A stretch of DNA of 63,358 nucleotides, the filler included, from Collodictyon triciliatum (Eukaryota), in NCBI GenBank assembly GCA_043381765.1. It is 6 parts of 6 records of this genome, joined end to end, with 100 filler letters (N's around TTAATTAATTAA, not from the genome) between each part and the next. Parts side by side here need not be neighbours in the genome. Positions count along the whole stretch, not along the records: positions 1 to 13,900 come from JBHJMP010001901.1; 5 more parts are not named here. One strand, given 5' to 3'. Each line of letters begins with the position of its first letter. The first letter of the stretch is position 1. The notes under the pieces are model-generated. The model was not told the DNA's origin. It saw only the letters and a list, made by a program, of their open reading frames with translations, and ran no database searches. Both the position numbers and the translations under genes were made by a program. Shown here in pieces: positions 1 through 14,000 of the stretch.

Positions 1-171
1 AAAAAGAGAAAAAAGAGAAAAAAGAGAAAAAAGAGAAAAAAAGAGAAAAAAAGAGAAAAAAAGAGAAAAAAAGAGAAAAAAGAGAAAAAAGAGAAAAAAA
101 GAAAAAAAAGAAAAAAGAGAAAAAAAGAGAAAAAGAGAAAAAAGAGAAAAAGAAATAAAGAGAAAAAAAGA
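1..171. repeat. A/G-rich (AAAAAAGAG-like) tandem repeat at window start
   Basis: Visible 9-10 bp tandem unit. Confidence 0.9.
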
Positions 172-548
172 GTCGAGGACATCGGGGCAATCCAATAATC
201 CACTGATCAGGTATTTCCAAACAGAAGGGAAAAAAGGATCATTTCGGTGACCGGGTGCTGAAAACACGCCGATATTCGTGACTGCCACGCATTTTGCGGA
301 CAGAAAACCCTGTGCTTTTTTGGAAGCGCATCTTGTTTGTTTAGATGTTTTCCAGCAGAGAACTTGCGCGCTGGCAACAGTCCGTCCCAATCAAATAAAA
401 TAAAATAAAATAAAAAAAACCAAGAAAAAGCAACTATAATGAATATCTCGGCTGTGCTTTATAAATCGGCCAGACTGCCAGCAAAAAGCATAAATCTGTC
501 CACTTTCTGATATTCATTCCGCTACTTTCTTTTTCTTCTTTTAATAAG

Positions 549-919
549 CTACTGGGCAGACGCCTGCTCGATTGTTTTTGCCATGTCCTGAAACGCTGGG
601 CGGTTGTGCGGCACAGAGTCCCAGCATCGTTGCATGAGGGAAACCAGTGACGAGTCCATCCCACCGCGGACGTCCGGTCGAAGCCCGTTGATGACTTCGA
701 ACTGCACCGAAAACGGGTCTTTACCGCGATATGGAATATCTTTGCTCTCAATCTCCCAAAGGATGATGCCGAAGCTGTAAACATCAGCCTTCTCGTCGTA
801 TCGATCTCCTTTCATGATCTGTTGTGCATATCAACAAGAGGGAAAAGAACAAGAAAAATAGCGATGACTCTATGTATCTCTGCTAAAGTATTTGCAAAGG
901 AGCGATTTTGGGTTTGGCG

Positions 920-1017
<98 letters not shown>

Positions 1018-4000
1018 ATGATTTATGTGCTAGTATCATTCCTATTGCTATCATGATTATGGTGTTAGGATGAGCTAAAAACGTAAAAGAACAGAAAAAA
1101 AAAAGAAGAAATTTTCCTTGCTTTGTAAACATTCTTCATACCTCAGGAGCTTGATATGACATTGTTCCGCATCTGGTCATGGTCCTGTTATTCGCCCTAA
1201 TTCTAGCAAATCCAAAGTCGCAAATCTTGGAGTCGAACCCATCAGTGACCTTAATTATAATTAATTTCCCACTTAGTATAAATGCGTATTACAATTCTAT
1301 GGTTCTATTTTGAAAAAAGAAATATTTAATATGCGCAAATCCCAAGAGAACAACTTCAAAGCAAATGTTGCTCTTATCCAAAGGTATTCTCTCTTACAAG
1401 TATGTTTGCAGATTTTAAGTCTCTGTGCAAAATCATGGGATTGAGAGAGTGCAAATATTTCATCCCATCTATCACACCTCGGATTATCTTGACCCTATTC
1501 AAACATGATACACTTTACTTTTCTTGTGATTTCTTTCACAAATAAAACTAAATCATCAAAAGTCAAGTTGATATGCGCAGTTCCTTTTTCAGAAGTTTTA
1601 CACACTTATCCTGTCTTCGCATTTGGACAGAGTTATTATGAATGAGTTGGTGCAGATTTCCATTCTCGACTAGCTCCATCACTATTGCCAAGTCAGGAAT
1701 ATCTGTGCAAGCAGCGATAAACTGCACGATATTGGAGTGTCGAAGCTTTCTATCAATAAAGGGTCAGTAATTGTATATTCATGTCCAGAAAAGAATACTC
1801 GAGTCGCATGATTCTTATGGCTTTGGGCTTGAAATGAGAACCTTATGATTGCAACTTCTGAAATGAACGAAAAGTAGCATTCATTCATATTCTGACAGTT
1901 TACTTTCTTCACAGCAACCTTTACTCCCTTGATAAAAAAAAGTATGATAGGTTGGTGGGCAATAAAAAAAAAAATCATCAAGGTTACATCATATGAGTGT
2001 ATCATTCTGCATCGAGCTTTACCTTAAAGCTGGCGATAAAAACCGAGCCATAAGTTCCAAATCCCAGAGATATATCCTCCATGTGCAATTCAGCCATATC
2101 TATTTCCCACTCTTTTTTCTCTCGCAACTTTGGAATAGAATTCTCATCCTTATATAAAGAGGATGACTTGGAAAGCACTTTGAGACCTCCAAAGCTGGGA
2201 AGATTACTTCGCGTGTGAAGATTGTCCTCCGTAGCAGACACTTGGGGAACATTTAGGCTTTGGTCGTCCTGTGTTGAGCTCCCAGCCTTTATTAATGTAA
2301 ATAATTTCTGAGTGGTTTAAATTCGATATATTTAGACAGTGTTCATGCTAGTGTGGATTGGGTGGCTCGAATGGTTTGAGAATGTGCATCACTTACTCTT
2401 TCAGAAGTCATTCTAAAGCTACTAGTCTGGATTGCGTTCAGATAATTAGCTCGCCCAGAAAGTTGCTTTGAGTGAATCTGTCATGAAAACAAATCAAGTT
2501 GTTCAGAAGAAAACATAAAAAAGAGGGCACTTATTTGAATGATAATATTTTTATGAAAGAAAATACAGAAACTGATATACTACCTCGTATAATATTTTAC
2601 TCTCATTTCTATGGACCCGACCCTCACAAACTTTGAAAATACTATCCATTTCCAGGATTTTTATCTTGTCCTCAAGTTCCTACAGAAAATGCATGTGTTT
2701 TACCGTGAGAATGCGTCGAAGTCGTCAGCCCTTTCTGTATTTATCATACACGCTCATGCAGTACCTGGTATACACGTTCGGATAAAAGAATTTGTCCACC
2801 TCGGCTAATTTTGCTTATTTTCATGGCATTTCCAACAACCTATATATACTCGACTTAAGTTGCAAATCGACAAATCAGATAGTATTCCAGTAAAAAAAAA
2901 ATCTTACCTTGCCGACATATAGCTTTCGTGTATCCTTATCATCAGATTTTATTTCACATTCCCCAAAATCTACGCCCTTTTTTATATTCATTTTTTGAAA
3001 AAAAAAATCGGGAAGGGAAAGGGAAAAACAAACGTGCAAATACAAACATATTTTAAAAGGAATATGTCTACAGTTTTCTGACACCTGCTGATTAATATCA
3101 GAAGATCGAAAGGAAACAGTTTGCATTAGTCACACCTGATTCATGCATGTAATAAAAATATCAATGGAAAACACAAGCATTACCATTTGGACCCTTAACC
3201 CTTTCAACTCTCCATCCGCAACCTCCTTTGCTTGTTCGTATGACAGTATATCGTCAGACCAGGCAATTTCATTCAGAAACTTTTGACAGTCCAGACAAAA
3301 TCTATTATGAGGTTAGTGTATGCAATCGAAGGGGGAACTATGAAAACTCTCGGATGATGTATACCTAAGGGCGTGGTGGCTCTCTTGAAAGACTATGACA
3401 TAATATTCTCCATCATTTTGGCTGACATATCCGCGATACTTGCCGCACACCTTTTTTTCCCCCGAAAAATAATTGAAATTCAGGGAATATGTCAAGACTC
3501 TTCATCATTTCAACATAAAGCACAAGAATGATATATTACGTCTTTGATGACAGAATTGTGTTGTATCACTGCATCGCTCATAGCATCTGGGCTTTCGTCC
3601 CACAAAAACTCGGACCCATAAACACGTGTGCTTACCACTGCAACATTACCTTTTGGAAAGTCATTGTCTTCCATATCCATCTGGAACGATATTATTACTT
3701 TATGAATTAAAAAAAAAGGCAGCCAATTACGAACATAAGTCTGAGGCAGTATATTTGAAAAAAAAATAATTTTGAGAGAATGAAATGGCACCGCAAATAC
3801 GGAATGTGAAGCACTTTTCATGTTTTCAGATAATCTCTGTGGAATCGAAGTTAGTTAATAAACTAGGAACAACTTTGTGTATTTCAATATCTAATTGGTA
3901 TGATTACATCAAGTCTTTTCGATATTTCCATGAATGTTGGTCTATCGGACGGAATAGGCGCCCAAAGATCAGTGATCAGGTCTTTGATATCCCCAGTTGT

Positions 4001-7000
4001 ACCAGAGGGCAACGTCGGCCTCAATTGCTGTAAAACGACTCTGACAGGAACAGAGTCAATGTGTTCTGCATCAAAATACGGGTTTTTTCTCGACATAATT
4101 TCCCAGACGATTATTCCAAAGCTATACACATCCGACTTTGTTGTATACTCTCCTCCTTGTATGACTTCTGGTGCCAACCAAAGTAAACTTCCGGCTTGTT
4201 CTGTTGCATTTGAACCTTGTATTGTAGTCAAGCCAAAATCGCTAGAACGAAAGAACGAGATATTACTATGCAAAACCTCCTTCCCTTAAATAGAATAAAC
4301 ACAATAATGAAATATTACTTCAAGGCTAGAATAAAAAAGATAGATGAAGGAGCTTTCCAACCTGACTTTTAATTTGTTTCTGTCATCAACCTAAAGCAAA
4401 TTAACTCGTTATATATAAGTTTATATGTATTTTTCTCAATTATTCAGATAATTGTGCAGACAAAGTCATGAATAATTGAAGCATGCTTTTCCTGTGGCGC
4501 CACTAACTCACCAAAATGTTCAAGCTTTTCAAGTCTCTGTGTACGATAGGGGGATTGGACATATGCAGATATTTCATACCTAAAAAGACGGATTTAGTTT
4601 GATGGATGGCGGAGTTTTAATAGAAATGTAAATCACTAGAATTCATTACCCTTTGAAATGTCAAACATAAATTGTAGTCTTCGATTGTAAGGAATGGTTT
4701 TATCGCTATGCAAGACATCATAAAGGCTTCCTTGCTCCATTAGCTCGCAAACAAGGCAAAGATGATCTGGTTCAAAACAGGCACCCATATATAGCACGAT
4801 GTTTGGATGTCTCATCTCCCTACATGCGATGTTGAATATTAATGCAAGCAAATCAAGATTAGTATACATATTGCATAGATGTAGGTAAATTTTATGCCTA
4901 CACCATCATCGATATCTCTTTCTTGAAAGCTTCTATCTGGGTAGCGCTTAATTTGCTTTGCACCAATTTTTTAACAGCAACATCGGTGCCTCTCCATTCT
5001 CCTCGATATACCTGGCAATCAAAGTGTTACAAAGTCCAAATTAATATGTAGCTCCAAAATGAAATAAAATATAATCATGCTTTCTTTCCAATACTTTGAA
5101 TTCATTGTAGATAGTTTTGATACCTCTCCAAAGCCACCTATTCCTAGCAAGCGGCCATATGCAATTTCATTTGGGTCGATCAGAGCATACAACTTATTTT
5201 CGGCTCCTTTCATATTTTCGAGCATTTTTTTCCGGTAGCGATAAGCGACTGAGAATGCTACAATAATGCAGAATCCAATGGCACCTCCAATGACAGCAAA
5301 GTAGTTGATTCCCGAGCTTCCAGAGGTATCTATATCAAGGAGTTGTTAGAATGATAAAGTTAATGGGCCACAGTCTTCAACACCATTCTCTCAAATGCAA
5401 TTTGAACATCATCCTGGGATTACCTCGCTCGCAAAGGCCCTGTATGAGGGGAAAAAAATATTAGATGTGCTTCTAAGGAAATTTTATGCGTTCTTCTGTG
5501 CACCTTTATAGTGTGAAACCCAGACGTGCAGACGCATTGATTAAGCAGAACGTCAAAATCAGCATTGACCGGGCAGCCTTTATCGTAATTAACTCATTTA
5601 GAACAGAGATATGAAAATGTAACAGTAAAAGACATTTAAAAAAAACGACTTACTTGCATGTGTTATGCGAAAGCCTTCACAAAATTTACATGGATGGTTT
5701 TTTGTGGAGTTGGTGGTGGTTGCTGACTTGAATCTAAGTATGAATCCAGTACGAGAATAATAAAGCTCTTTTTTGTCTCCGACTTTTTTGATTTCATTTA
5801 TGGGCCTCTCATCATCAGGGTCTGTCCGAAGTGCCATGATTTCCAACCTTATAATAATGCATTGTTTTATCAGAATGTAACAAACTTTTCTTTCTAAGTT
5901 AAATGAAACGAACATATCCTGTTGTCTTATACTCTTTTCTAAAGTAATATGAGTAGCATCAGGGAGAATCCATGTGCAATTCGTGTTCTCCAAATACATT
6001 CCATCACCACTTCCATCATCAAAGGTGAGTGGGTTTGAGTTACTGCAAATAGTAGCTTTTGATGTTGAAGAGCAAAAACCTATCATGGCATGATAAAAAA
6101 TCAGATAACTTGACTCAAAACACCACCTCTTTACATGTTGGATTCAAAATGAAAGTACAACCAGGCATGCACGCTACTAATTGATTGGTGATTGAATATC
6201 CGTTTTTGCCTCCGAAACTAATTGTAACTACTCCAAAGGATTCCGTGGATTGTTTTGTCATAGAATCAGAACCAATTACGCTGTTCGATTTCAGAAGCTT
6301 CGAAAATAACATGAATTCTAAACCATTGTAAATCTGCTCTTAGTCTCACATCAAATTATAATATTTAAGAGCTACATTATACACTCGTAAATAAAGGAAT
6401 TTGTCAGATAATAATTACCATGTTGAACCATGAAAGAATACCCTTTTTCCGTCCAACATTCCAACCCCGTTTAAAACAGAAAAGGAATTAAATGAATTGC
6501 ATACAGGATTTGACAAAGAAACCTAGACCTTTTTTGGTCCGTACTCGGTCGTGTTCCAAGTTTGCTGGGCTATATATATTTTTTTATAAGGAATAATTGC
6601 CAAAATAACTCAGTATAACTTAAATGTCAACTTGTGTTGTAAATCCAAAAATCATCTAGAGTGGAGCCTGAAAAATCCACGCCTCCATACAAAAGAATAC
6701 TCTCGTCATCCATTTTGCACATCGCATGATACATTCGGCGATTCTAGTGATGTTGTTATTCTTAATAGATAATAGTCTTTAGATTCTTGAAGAGATGTTC
6801 ATAAATGTGATTTACCGGTACAATTCCAGAAATATTGGCTGCCTTTGTATTTAGAGCTACATCATCAGCGATTAGGACAGCTGAATAAAATTCTGTCCTC
6901 TTTGTGCCGGGCACTATCTAAGAATATTTATATTAAAAACAAGAAAAAATGAATTTGTAAAATCGTAAAACTGTTTATTTAAAGTTGAAGCGTACTTGTC

Positions 7001-10000
7001 CTCCCCACATCCACGTTTTGGAGCCGATCTTGGTGGATGCAAGCCCAACACGATTGAATGGACGTTGATATGATGACAGTTGATGCTGGAATTGAACCGT
7101 CGTCCATACCCTCATTTCTTTAAGACAATTATGAATTGATAAATGAGCAAATGAATAAATATGGTGAAAATCACGAGAATTTTATTGCATTTTACTAAAT
7201 CTGCTTTACCCATTTCGAACATCCATAGATTCTCATCGTAAATACGAAAATCTGTTCTACCCCCATAAACATAGATTTTAGATGACAAAAAGGAAAGTAT
7301 GGCGTTGGTTCTTGGTGGGGGACTGTCTTTGGATGATTCGTATGATAAACATTCCCATTGATTTGACTCTGTTGTAAAAACAATTAGTTTAGATATTTCA
7401 GATATTTCAGTCAAAAAAAGGGCTAATTACAACACTTACTTAAGTTATATTTCCAGATGTCGTTGAGAAGCACCTTTTCCAGATATTCTGTCGCTCCTCC
7501 AAAAACGATGAACTCTTTTTCGGACAGCTTCTTCATGGATGATTCCACTCGATGAATGGGAGCTCTCCTCACAGACGTGTCAGACCACGTTTTGAGTGCT
7601 TTGAATGCAAATCGTGAGAAATACTCTGTATATGTTTGAATATTCCTTGTATTCAGTATTTTCTATAATTCGGCTAATCTTACTTGCATCCCAGGTCCAA
7701 ACATCATTGCTCACAATGTTGCTAGCGCCTGTGCCTCCAATAATCATTAAGGAGGAACCTATAAGAACACTTGCTGCGCCATATTTTGGTGGCGGATATG
7801 ACAGAGGAAGGGACGGACTTTCCAATCCATAGTTTTCACGGAGGCTGACTTGGAGAGTTTCTATTTCATTAAATTGCGTAGAATGAAGCCCTTTGAAACT
7901 TCATAAAATCGTTTGATATTCTCATGTAATTTGACTCTTCACAATTCAGGAATTTTGGGAGGTATTCAGCAGTACCCAAGTTCACTATATTGACATCACT
8001 GAGTGCTTCTCCTTGTTTAGTTCCTCCATATATGTGTAGTTCCTTTCTGTATACTCCAAATGCGAAATTCTGTCTTGCAAAGTCACACACGCCTCCCTCC
8101 ACGTCGCATTGCACACACAACTCCATGGAAACATCAGTTGCTTCGAAAATCTGTCGGTCTAGACACGTATTTTTTTTTTTGGATTTTTCAATTACAATAA
8201 TAAAGTGTTGGTAAAATATGTTGAATCTATCCAGAAAATATTTACCCATATCAAATCGATACATCTTGTTATTTTCTTGGGCATAACCAAGCCCACCAAA
8301 TAAAAAGATGCTTCTGTCAACAAGAAACATGGAGCCAAATGCAAGTGCCAGTTTGCTGTTCGATATCGCCATTCTTTCCCATTGGTCAGAATCTGGTGAG
8401 CAAGCAATCAAATTTCGAAATGGTAGTAAATAAAAAAAAACAATAAACCCTAACATAATAAACAAAATTCATACGTGGATGATAGGTGTAGAAGTCCTTT
8501 ACAAATTCTCCATTTTCCTAATTTGATGATGATTAAATTTGATTTGGTCTCATATTAAACATAAAAAAAAGTTTTGAAAGTATGTGGATTACATTTTTTC
8601 CTCCATATGTGACAATCGAGTCCCCGTTTCTTGCACATAAAGTTCCGGTAGAATGTACCGGATTTGCTGATTTTTTCTTCCATGATTTGGAGGAAGTGTC
8701 AATCAGATAAACATAGTTATCTTTCTCCTTTGTTTTCCCTCCAATTATGACTCCATATTCATCCATCCCAACCGCGCAAAACTGGACACGGCTTGATGGA
8801 ATGTCTCCTGTCATCGAAAACCGAGTCCAAACTGATTCAACTAAATCAATATTTCCTTGACATTAGAACATAATCTATCAATAAAATTTTTGGTTTGTGA
8901 AGGACTACTCCATGGTTCCATAACCAGTGTTTATTTTATGGAAATATTATAGCAGAACTATTCTTTGAATCGAATAAAGGTAAAAATCCATACCAGGGCT
9001 ATTTGTCGAATAGATTGTATCCATAGCATGGTATTTATCAGCATCATTTACATTTGCTGAAAGGCTTCCTCCAACCAGGTAAATAAACGAGCCGACCGAG
9101 AAAGCATTTCCATTNNNNNNNNNNATTCCTTGGGACAACACAAAAAATTAAAATTGTTGGATATTATTCAAAAATTAAAAAAAAAAAAAAAAAGAAACGA
9201 AATGATGATATAAATTACATTCGCTCTCTAAAAACAAAAAGAGGAAAAAGAAAAAGATCTTATTCGATAAAATTGTCCATGTCGATGTTGGCTGACCTTT
9301 TTGCTCCGTATTAACAAAGGTTTCATACACACAGTACCTCTGAATCATATCATTCTATTAGTTGATGAAAGATTGAGAATCATAATGTTCAATAATACTG
9401 TTTTTTTCCACCTGATTACGGTCAGGTTGTTTAGAGCCTTTTGGACAAGGTATGCAATCGCCTCTGAAGTTGATGTAGTTTCCTGGCTTACAATAGCATC
9501 CGTCAAGATTTGCACTGAATCCCTTGTTACAATCTATACAAGGAAAAATAAGATTCGCACAGGGAATACTGCAATAAAGTTTCCTATTCTCTAAATTACT
9601 GAAAAGTTTCAAGGAGAATCCCTGCTTGCTCTTTCCATCGTGATTCACGTTGAATGTCAATTTTGAATTAAAAGATGGGACTTCGATGACGAAGCCATGT
9701 GTAAAGTCTTGAATAAGAACCTATAGCACATTCAATTTAACAACAGCATACTAGATAACCTCTATTTGATTTGTAAACCTGTACCTTATTTGCTATCGTG
9801 TTATCCGCCACAATTTCTTTGTCACAATCGCTGGTCGTTTCAAGAGACAAGGTGGCCCCATCCGATAATTCCATCATCTCAACCTTTTGAAATTTGGATT
9901 AGCTATGATTTGGATGTCAGTCTTGTATATCTATATGTTTTAAGTTGCTTACAACAATAAAATTTGTATCGGCGATATCCCATGCACAACTTGTCCCTGG

Positions 10001-13000
10001 GAGATAAAGAAATTCTCCACTTCCATCAGATAAGATTTTGTCTTTGCTGGATACCTTCTGCGTCCCTCGGCACCAAAGCTCATCTAATTGAAAGAAATGC
10101 AATTTTTTATGATAAGTTTAGACAATTAATGATTTCATTCTGAGAACGCATGTAAACTCAGACCCAAGACGAGGGAGTATACAGCCGATGATCTTCTAGA
10201 AAATCTCCTTATGGCGCCGCCAAACGAATATGCAGAACCCGACGAAATTATGGCTGAGGAGAAAACAATCAAAGGGACTGCTCTATTTTGTCCTTCTAGC
10301 TTCTTCCAAATACCTGTGGGGACTACAGCATTTAAATATCTTAACAAATGGATGGAACAGAGAGCAGAATAGAAAAGAAAAAAGAAAAGTAAAAGAAAAG
10401 GAAAAAGAAAAGATAAAGGAGGTCATTACACTTAGCTCATCAAAACATGTCTTCAATTATACCATCAAACACCCAAAAGTCGTTTACAATCAAGCCCTGC
10501 CGGTCAAGTCCGCCGAGTGTAAATAGACTTGTTGAAAATCCTAAAAGTGTTGTTTGGTCGGGAACGTTCGGGTCAACAGTTCCAACTTTGGTCCATCGAC
10601 TCATATCTACGGTGCAAATTGAAGGCGTTTTATGATTTACGGTTGTATGGATTTATTTTTAATTTTATAGTTACCATGGCTGACACACCATATTTCCCTT
10701 TCGTCTGGGGCATCAATAATCCAGGTATCCATGAAGCAAAATGAACCATCAACGGAGAACCCTTGTGGGTGCGTTCTCAGTAAGGGTGTAGACTCTACGC
10801 TATAAGATGCAGTTTGCTGTGTCTTCATATCAAATAGATATAAAGCATCAGAAACGTCTGATTCATTTGCGCCAAGACCACCCCAAATCATAATCTTTGA
10901 TTCGATGACAGTATTGGAAGCATGATAGCGCAGTCCTAGATTGCTGAAGTTCTCCAACGAAGAAGGAATCCTACTCCATTTCCTGTATTCTGTAATTTAC
11001 GAGGTGTTAAAAAAAATCAAGTAATTTTTTTACGTCAGAGAATAAGTAATGCATGATAGATAATAACCTAATGAAAACATCATAAAAACTGGCTCTGTGT
11101 ATTCAGAGAGGAATCCACCAATCAGGAAAAGAGTCTCATCATATCCACCAAACGCCTAAACCGATTTTAGTGAAAAGCGATGAGAAAGTTTTAGATATGG
11201 ATTAGACAATAAATGAAAGCACACCCCATGAAGAACTGCTGGTGCGCAATCTGTCTGGGGAGGCAAACAAACAGACTCACACATGATTAGCTCCCACCGA
11301 CTAGTGTCTAATAGATAATCATGTTTGAGTGATATGCAATATTTATAGTAGCTATCAAAAAGAAATTTTACAATTTTCGAAGAACATTACCGGTGTAAAA
11401 TATCCACAAGTCGTTCATGGGGAGCGTTTCTTGCAGAATCACCTCTCCACCGAACAAAGCGACTCTTCCTCTGTCAAGGGAAGCGAGGTGGGGGTGATTC
11501 CTTCCAAGAGGATATCTACTCAAACTGCTGTCTACCCACTCAAACTTATCTTTGAACGATGGCTCGTTAGCAATATGCGAATGAATCAAAATTTACCTGT
11601 CGTTTTATTTTGTGACAAAACAAATGCCTCATATATCAAAGTTAAAGGCATACGAATGTTTTCATACCAGCATCAAACACCCAGATATCGTTGAGTCTTC
11701 CAAGAGAAGCCCCTCCGAGGTAAAATATCCTATTTCCAACAGCGGCGTTGGCTACGGTAGATCGAGGAGATGGTGCCAATATTGGATAGGATGTAAATTG
11801 ATCCGGTATTGAATACGAATAGGTTGTGATGGTCATATCATCTAGAACAACTACTTTTAATTGTAGTGCCCAGTAAAATCATACAAACAGATTTAAAAGA
11901 AAACTTTATTCCAGAAAGAACAGAGAAGATATAATCCTATGCAAAACTTTAATGTCAAATAATAAACACCTAATTTGATGTCAATAATGCTATTAATATT
12001 TTCGTTTTGACCCGGATCGTATGCTCCGCCGAACACAAGGAAGTGGTCCTTGTAAACCGTGGGACTTGCAAAAATAAATGGGCGCACATCCGTACTCAAG
12101 GGTACTTCCCATTCACTTGAGGCTAATTAAAGTGTTCAGAAAATTCAAATCTGAGTCACAAGGATTTTACGAATATTATCCAATTCAACCTGCCTATGCA
12201 TAATGGTTTACTATATAAATTAGGTGAAGTCGCAAATTATATCTTCTGAAAATAGGAATTCTTGAGACAATTACTGAGGTTGAACACCCATATTTTTGAT
12301 ACATATTCATAGTATGTATCACATCCACTAAATAATATAGCAGTGTCCTGATAGAGCCCCATTTGAGTATATATTAGACATGCAGCTTCATTCAAGTTTT
12401 GATGTCTTGGATTTATTTTACTCCATATCCGAGTATCTAAGTTTTTTAAAATAAGTTACTAATGTCTTTAGGGGTCTGAATTATATTTTTCACTACCAGT
12501 GTCGAAGGCCCAAAAATTGTATTCCACGTAGCCATTGTTGCCCCATAAACATAAATAGTGTGGCTGTATTTCAAACAACTCATCGTATCCATAGGCTTGG
12601 GGTAATTATTCGAGGCATACTTAATTTTCTTCCACACGAAAGAATCAAGGCCAAGAGTGTGCATGTCGTTCAGGTCAACAAGACCTTTCCACGATGTCCC
12701 CCCGAATATGTAAAGCTAGATGTAGTAAGTTAAATGTCACCGTTTCAAGCCTGTTATCTTGATAGCAGACTCTCTCAATTAATCGCTTGGGATTTTTATT
12801 ATCATGAAACATATAAGAACTAAAAAAAAATCATTTAAAGTAAATGTAAAGAAGCTATGATGCAACCTGATCACCGACCGTACTAGTGCAGTATGCATAG
12901 CGTTTTTATGGATATTCCCCTGATGACATGGCTCAGGAATACTTTATGGTGGCTGTAGTTTATAGATTAGAATGAAACAAAAGGAACCTCCGCGTTAATG

Positions 13001-13731
13001 TGGATGTGCTGTGAGGTGAATATATTTCAATACAAACACGCATTCAGAATCCAAATGCGATCGATGATTGGACTTTCGGATTGGTACTCTCTTTCCCCTT
13101 GATGTGAGACACATAAGTAGAAAATTTTGTATATGTGTTATAATAAGCATTCAAATAATAAGGAGGGCATGATTGTGGTAAGTGCACAGAAAAGATGCAA
13201 CTCCATATAACTATTCATTGAAGAGAATCTGGTGGCTTCAAGAAAATGTAAGAATAAAACAGTAGGCATTTCACAAATTAACAAGATTGCGTACTCATCT
13301 CCCAAAAGATAAATCAGTCCCTGGTGTGATACAGCAGATGCGCTCTGGAATGTGATGGGGTCACTGGAGCGAAAAGTCCAGTCTAAGATTGTCACAGCAG
13401 TAATTGGAGACATTAGGTATGGGTTGGCGTTTTCTCTCTTTTTTTTCTTTTTAATATCACGTATGAGGAAAACATCAGCTTATCAAACAGAGATAATCGG
13501 ATGCTGTACAGTCATGAATTTGATAGAAGCCTCAAACTAGGTCGACTTGTGATGAAGAAGGGCACACGAATAAAATATTAGGCGGAAAAAATAGACAGAT
13601 AGAAAAAAATGTCGAGTGAATATTTTTTTCAATAGGAAAATAAATAGAGAACCTCCGATGGTTGTGGACAACGATTTATTGACCAGTACGGCAAAGAGGC
13701 ACACTATGAAGGTTGCTTTCAAAATCTTCAT
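549..13731 (-). CDS. Multi-exon receptor kinase: signal peptide, Kelch repeats, CUB-like and Cys-rich modules, TM helix, TKL kinase, class III cyclase-like domain, second TKL kinase; 5' exons carry lesions
   Basis: ATG 13731 [17 protein letters not shown]. Many GG..W Kelch repeats. Two DGSG..Y....CxW CUB-like modules (~10050, ~6000). [23 protein letters not shown] (~5240-5300). Kinase 1: [28 protein letters not shown]. Cyclase-like ~2584-3683. Kinase 2: [22 protein letters not shown]. Stop TAG at 549. GT-AG junctions keep frame wherever checked 3' of 12436. Confidence 0.88.
919..1017. repeat. (TTG)n microsatellite, intronic
   Basis: Perfect trinucleotide run in the last intron of the kinase gene. 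Confidence 0.95.
8917..8996 (+). mobile_element. Family A micro-insertion (degenerate direct repeat)
   Basis: CTTTGAATCGAATAAAGGTAAAAA at 8963-8986; imperfect flanks TCCATAACCAG / TCCATACCAG. Confidence 0.5.
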
Positions 13732-13900
13732 GGGTAGCTGACTCCGTTTGGTAGAAGAGGAGAAAAGTGCAGAGATTGTTCGGCAGAACTCTGGTCGAAA
13801 TACCGCGAAATGAGGCTGCTTCTTGCGGTTAAATGTATTGCAGAGGGAGTGATGTGCTGAGTATTTTTGAAGCACAACGACCGGCTTGGAAAAACAATAC

Positions 13901-14000
13901 NNNNNNNNNNNNNNNNNNNNNNNNNNNNNNNNNNNNNNNNNNNNTTAATTAATTAANNNNNNNNNNNNNNNNNNNNNNNNNNNNNNNNNNNNNNNNNNNN
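13901..14000. other. Artificial contig linker (N-TTAATTAATTAA-N)
   Basis: 100-nt N block with six-frame-stop spacer. Confidence 0.97.

Noticed and set aside
822-1073. Poly-Cys, poly-Ile, poly-Tyr, (ER)n and similar ORFs across the window
   Set aside because: Translations of intronic or intergenic microsatellites.
8963-8986. Family A antisense (…TTCGATTCAAG) as a spliced-leader relic
   Set aside because: Copies are not at gene 5' ends and carry an A-tail/TSD signature; no SL RNA gene is seen. Not formally excluded.
12906-12935. In-frame TAA/TGA as evidence of stop-codon reassignment
   Set aside because: TAA, TAG and TGA all terminate conserved genes here (purH, cofilin, LSm5, kinases), and these stops co-occur with a frameshift and a broken donor.
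13945-13956. Recurrent palindrome TTAATTAATTAA
   Set aside because: Always embedded in 100-nt N blocks; assembly spacer.
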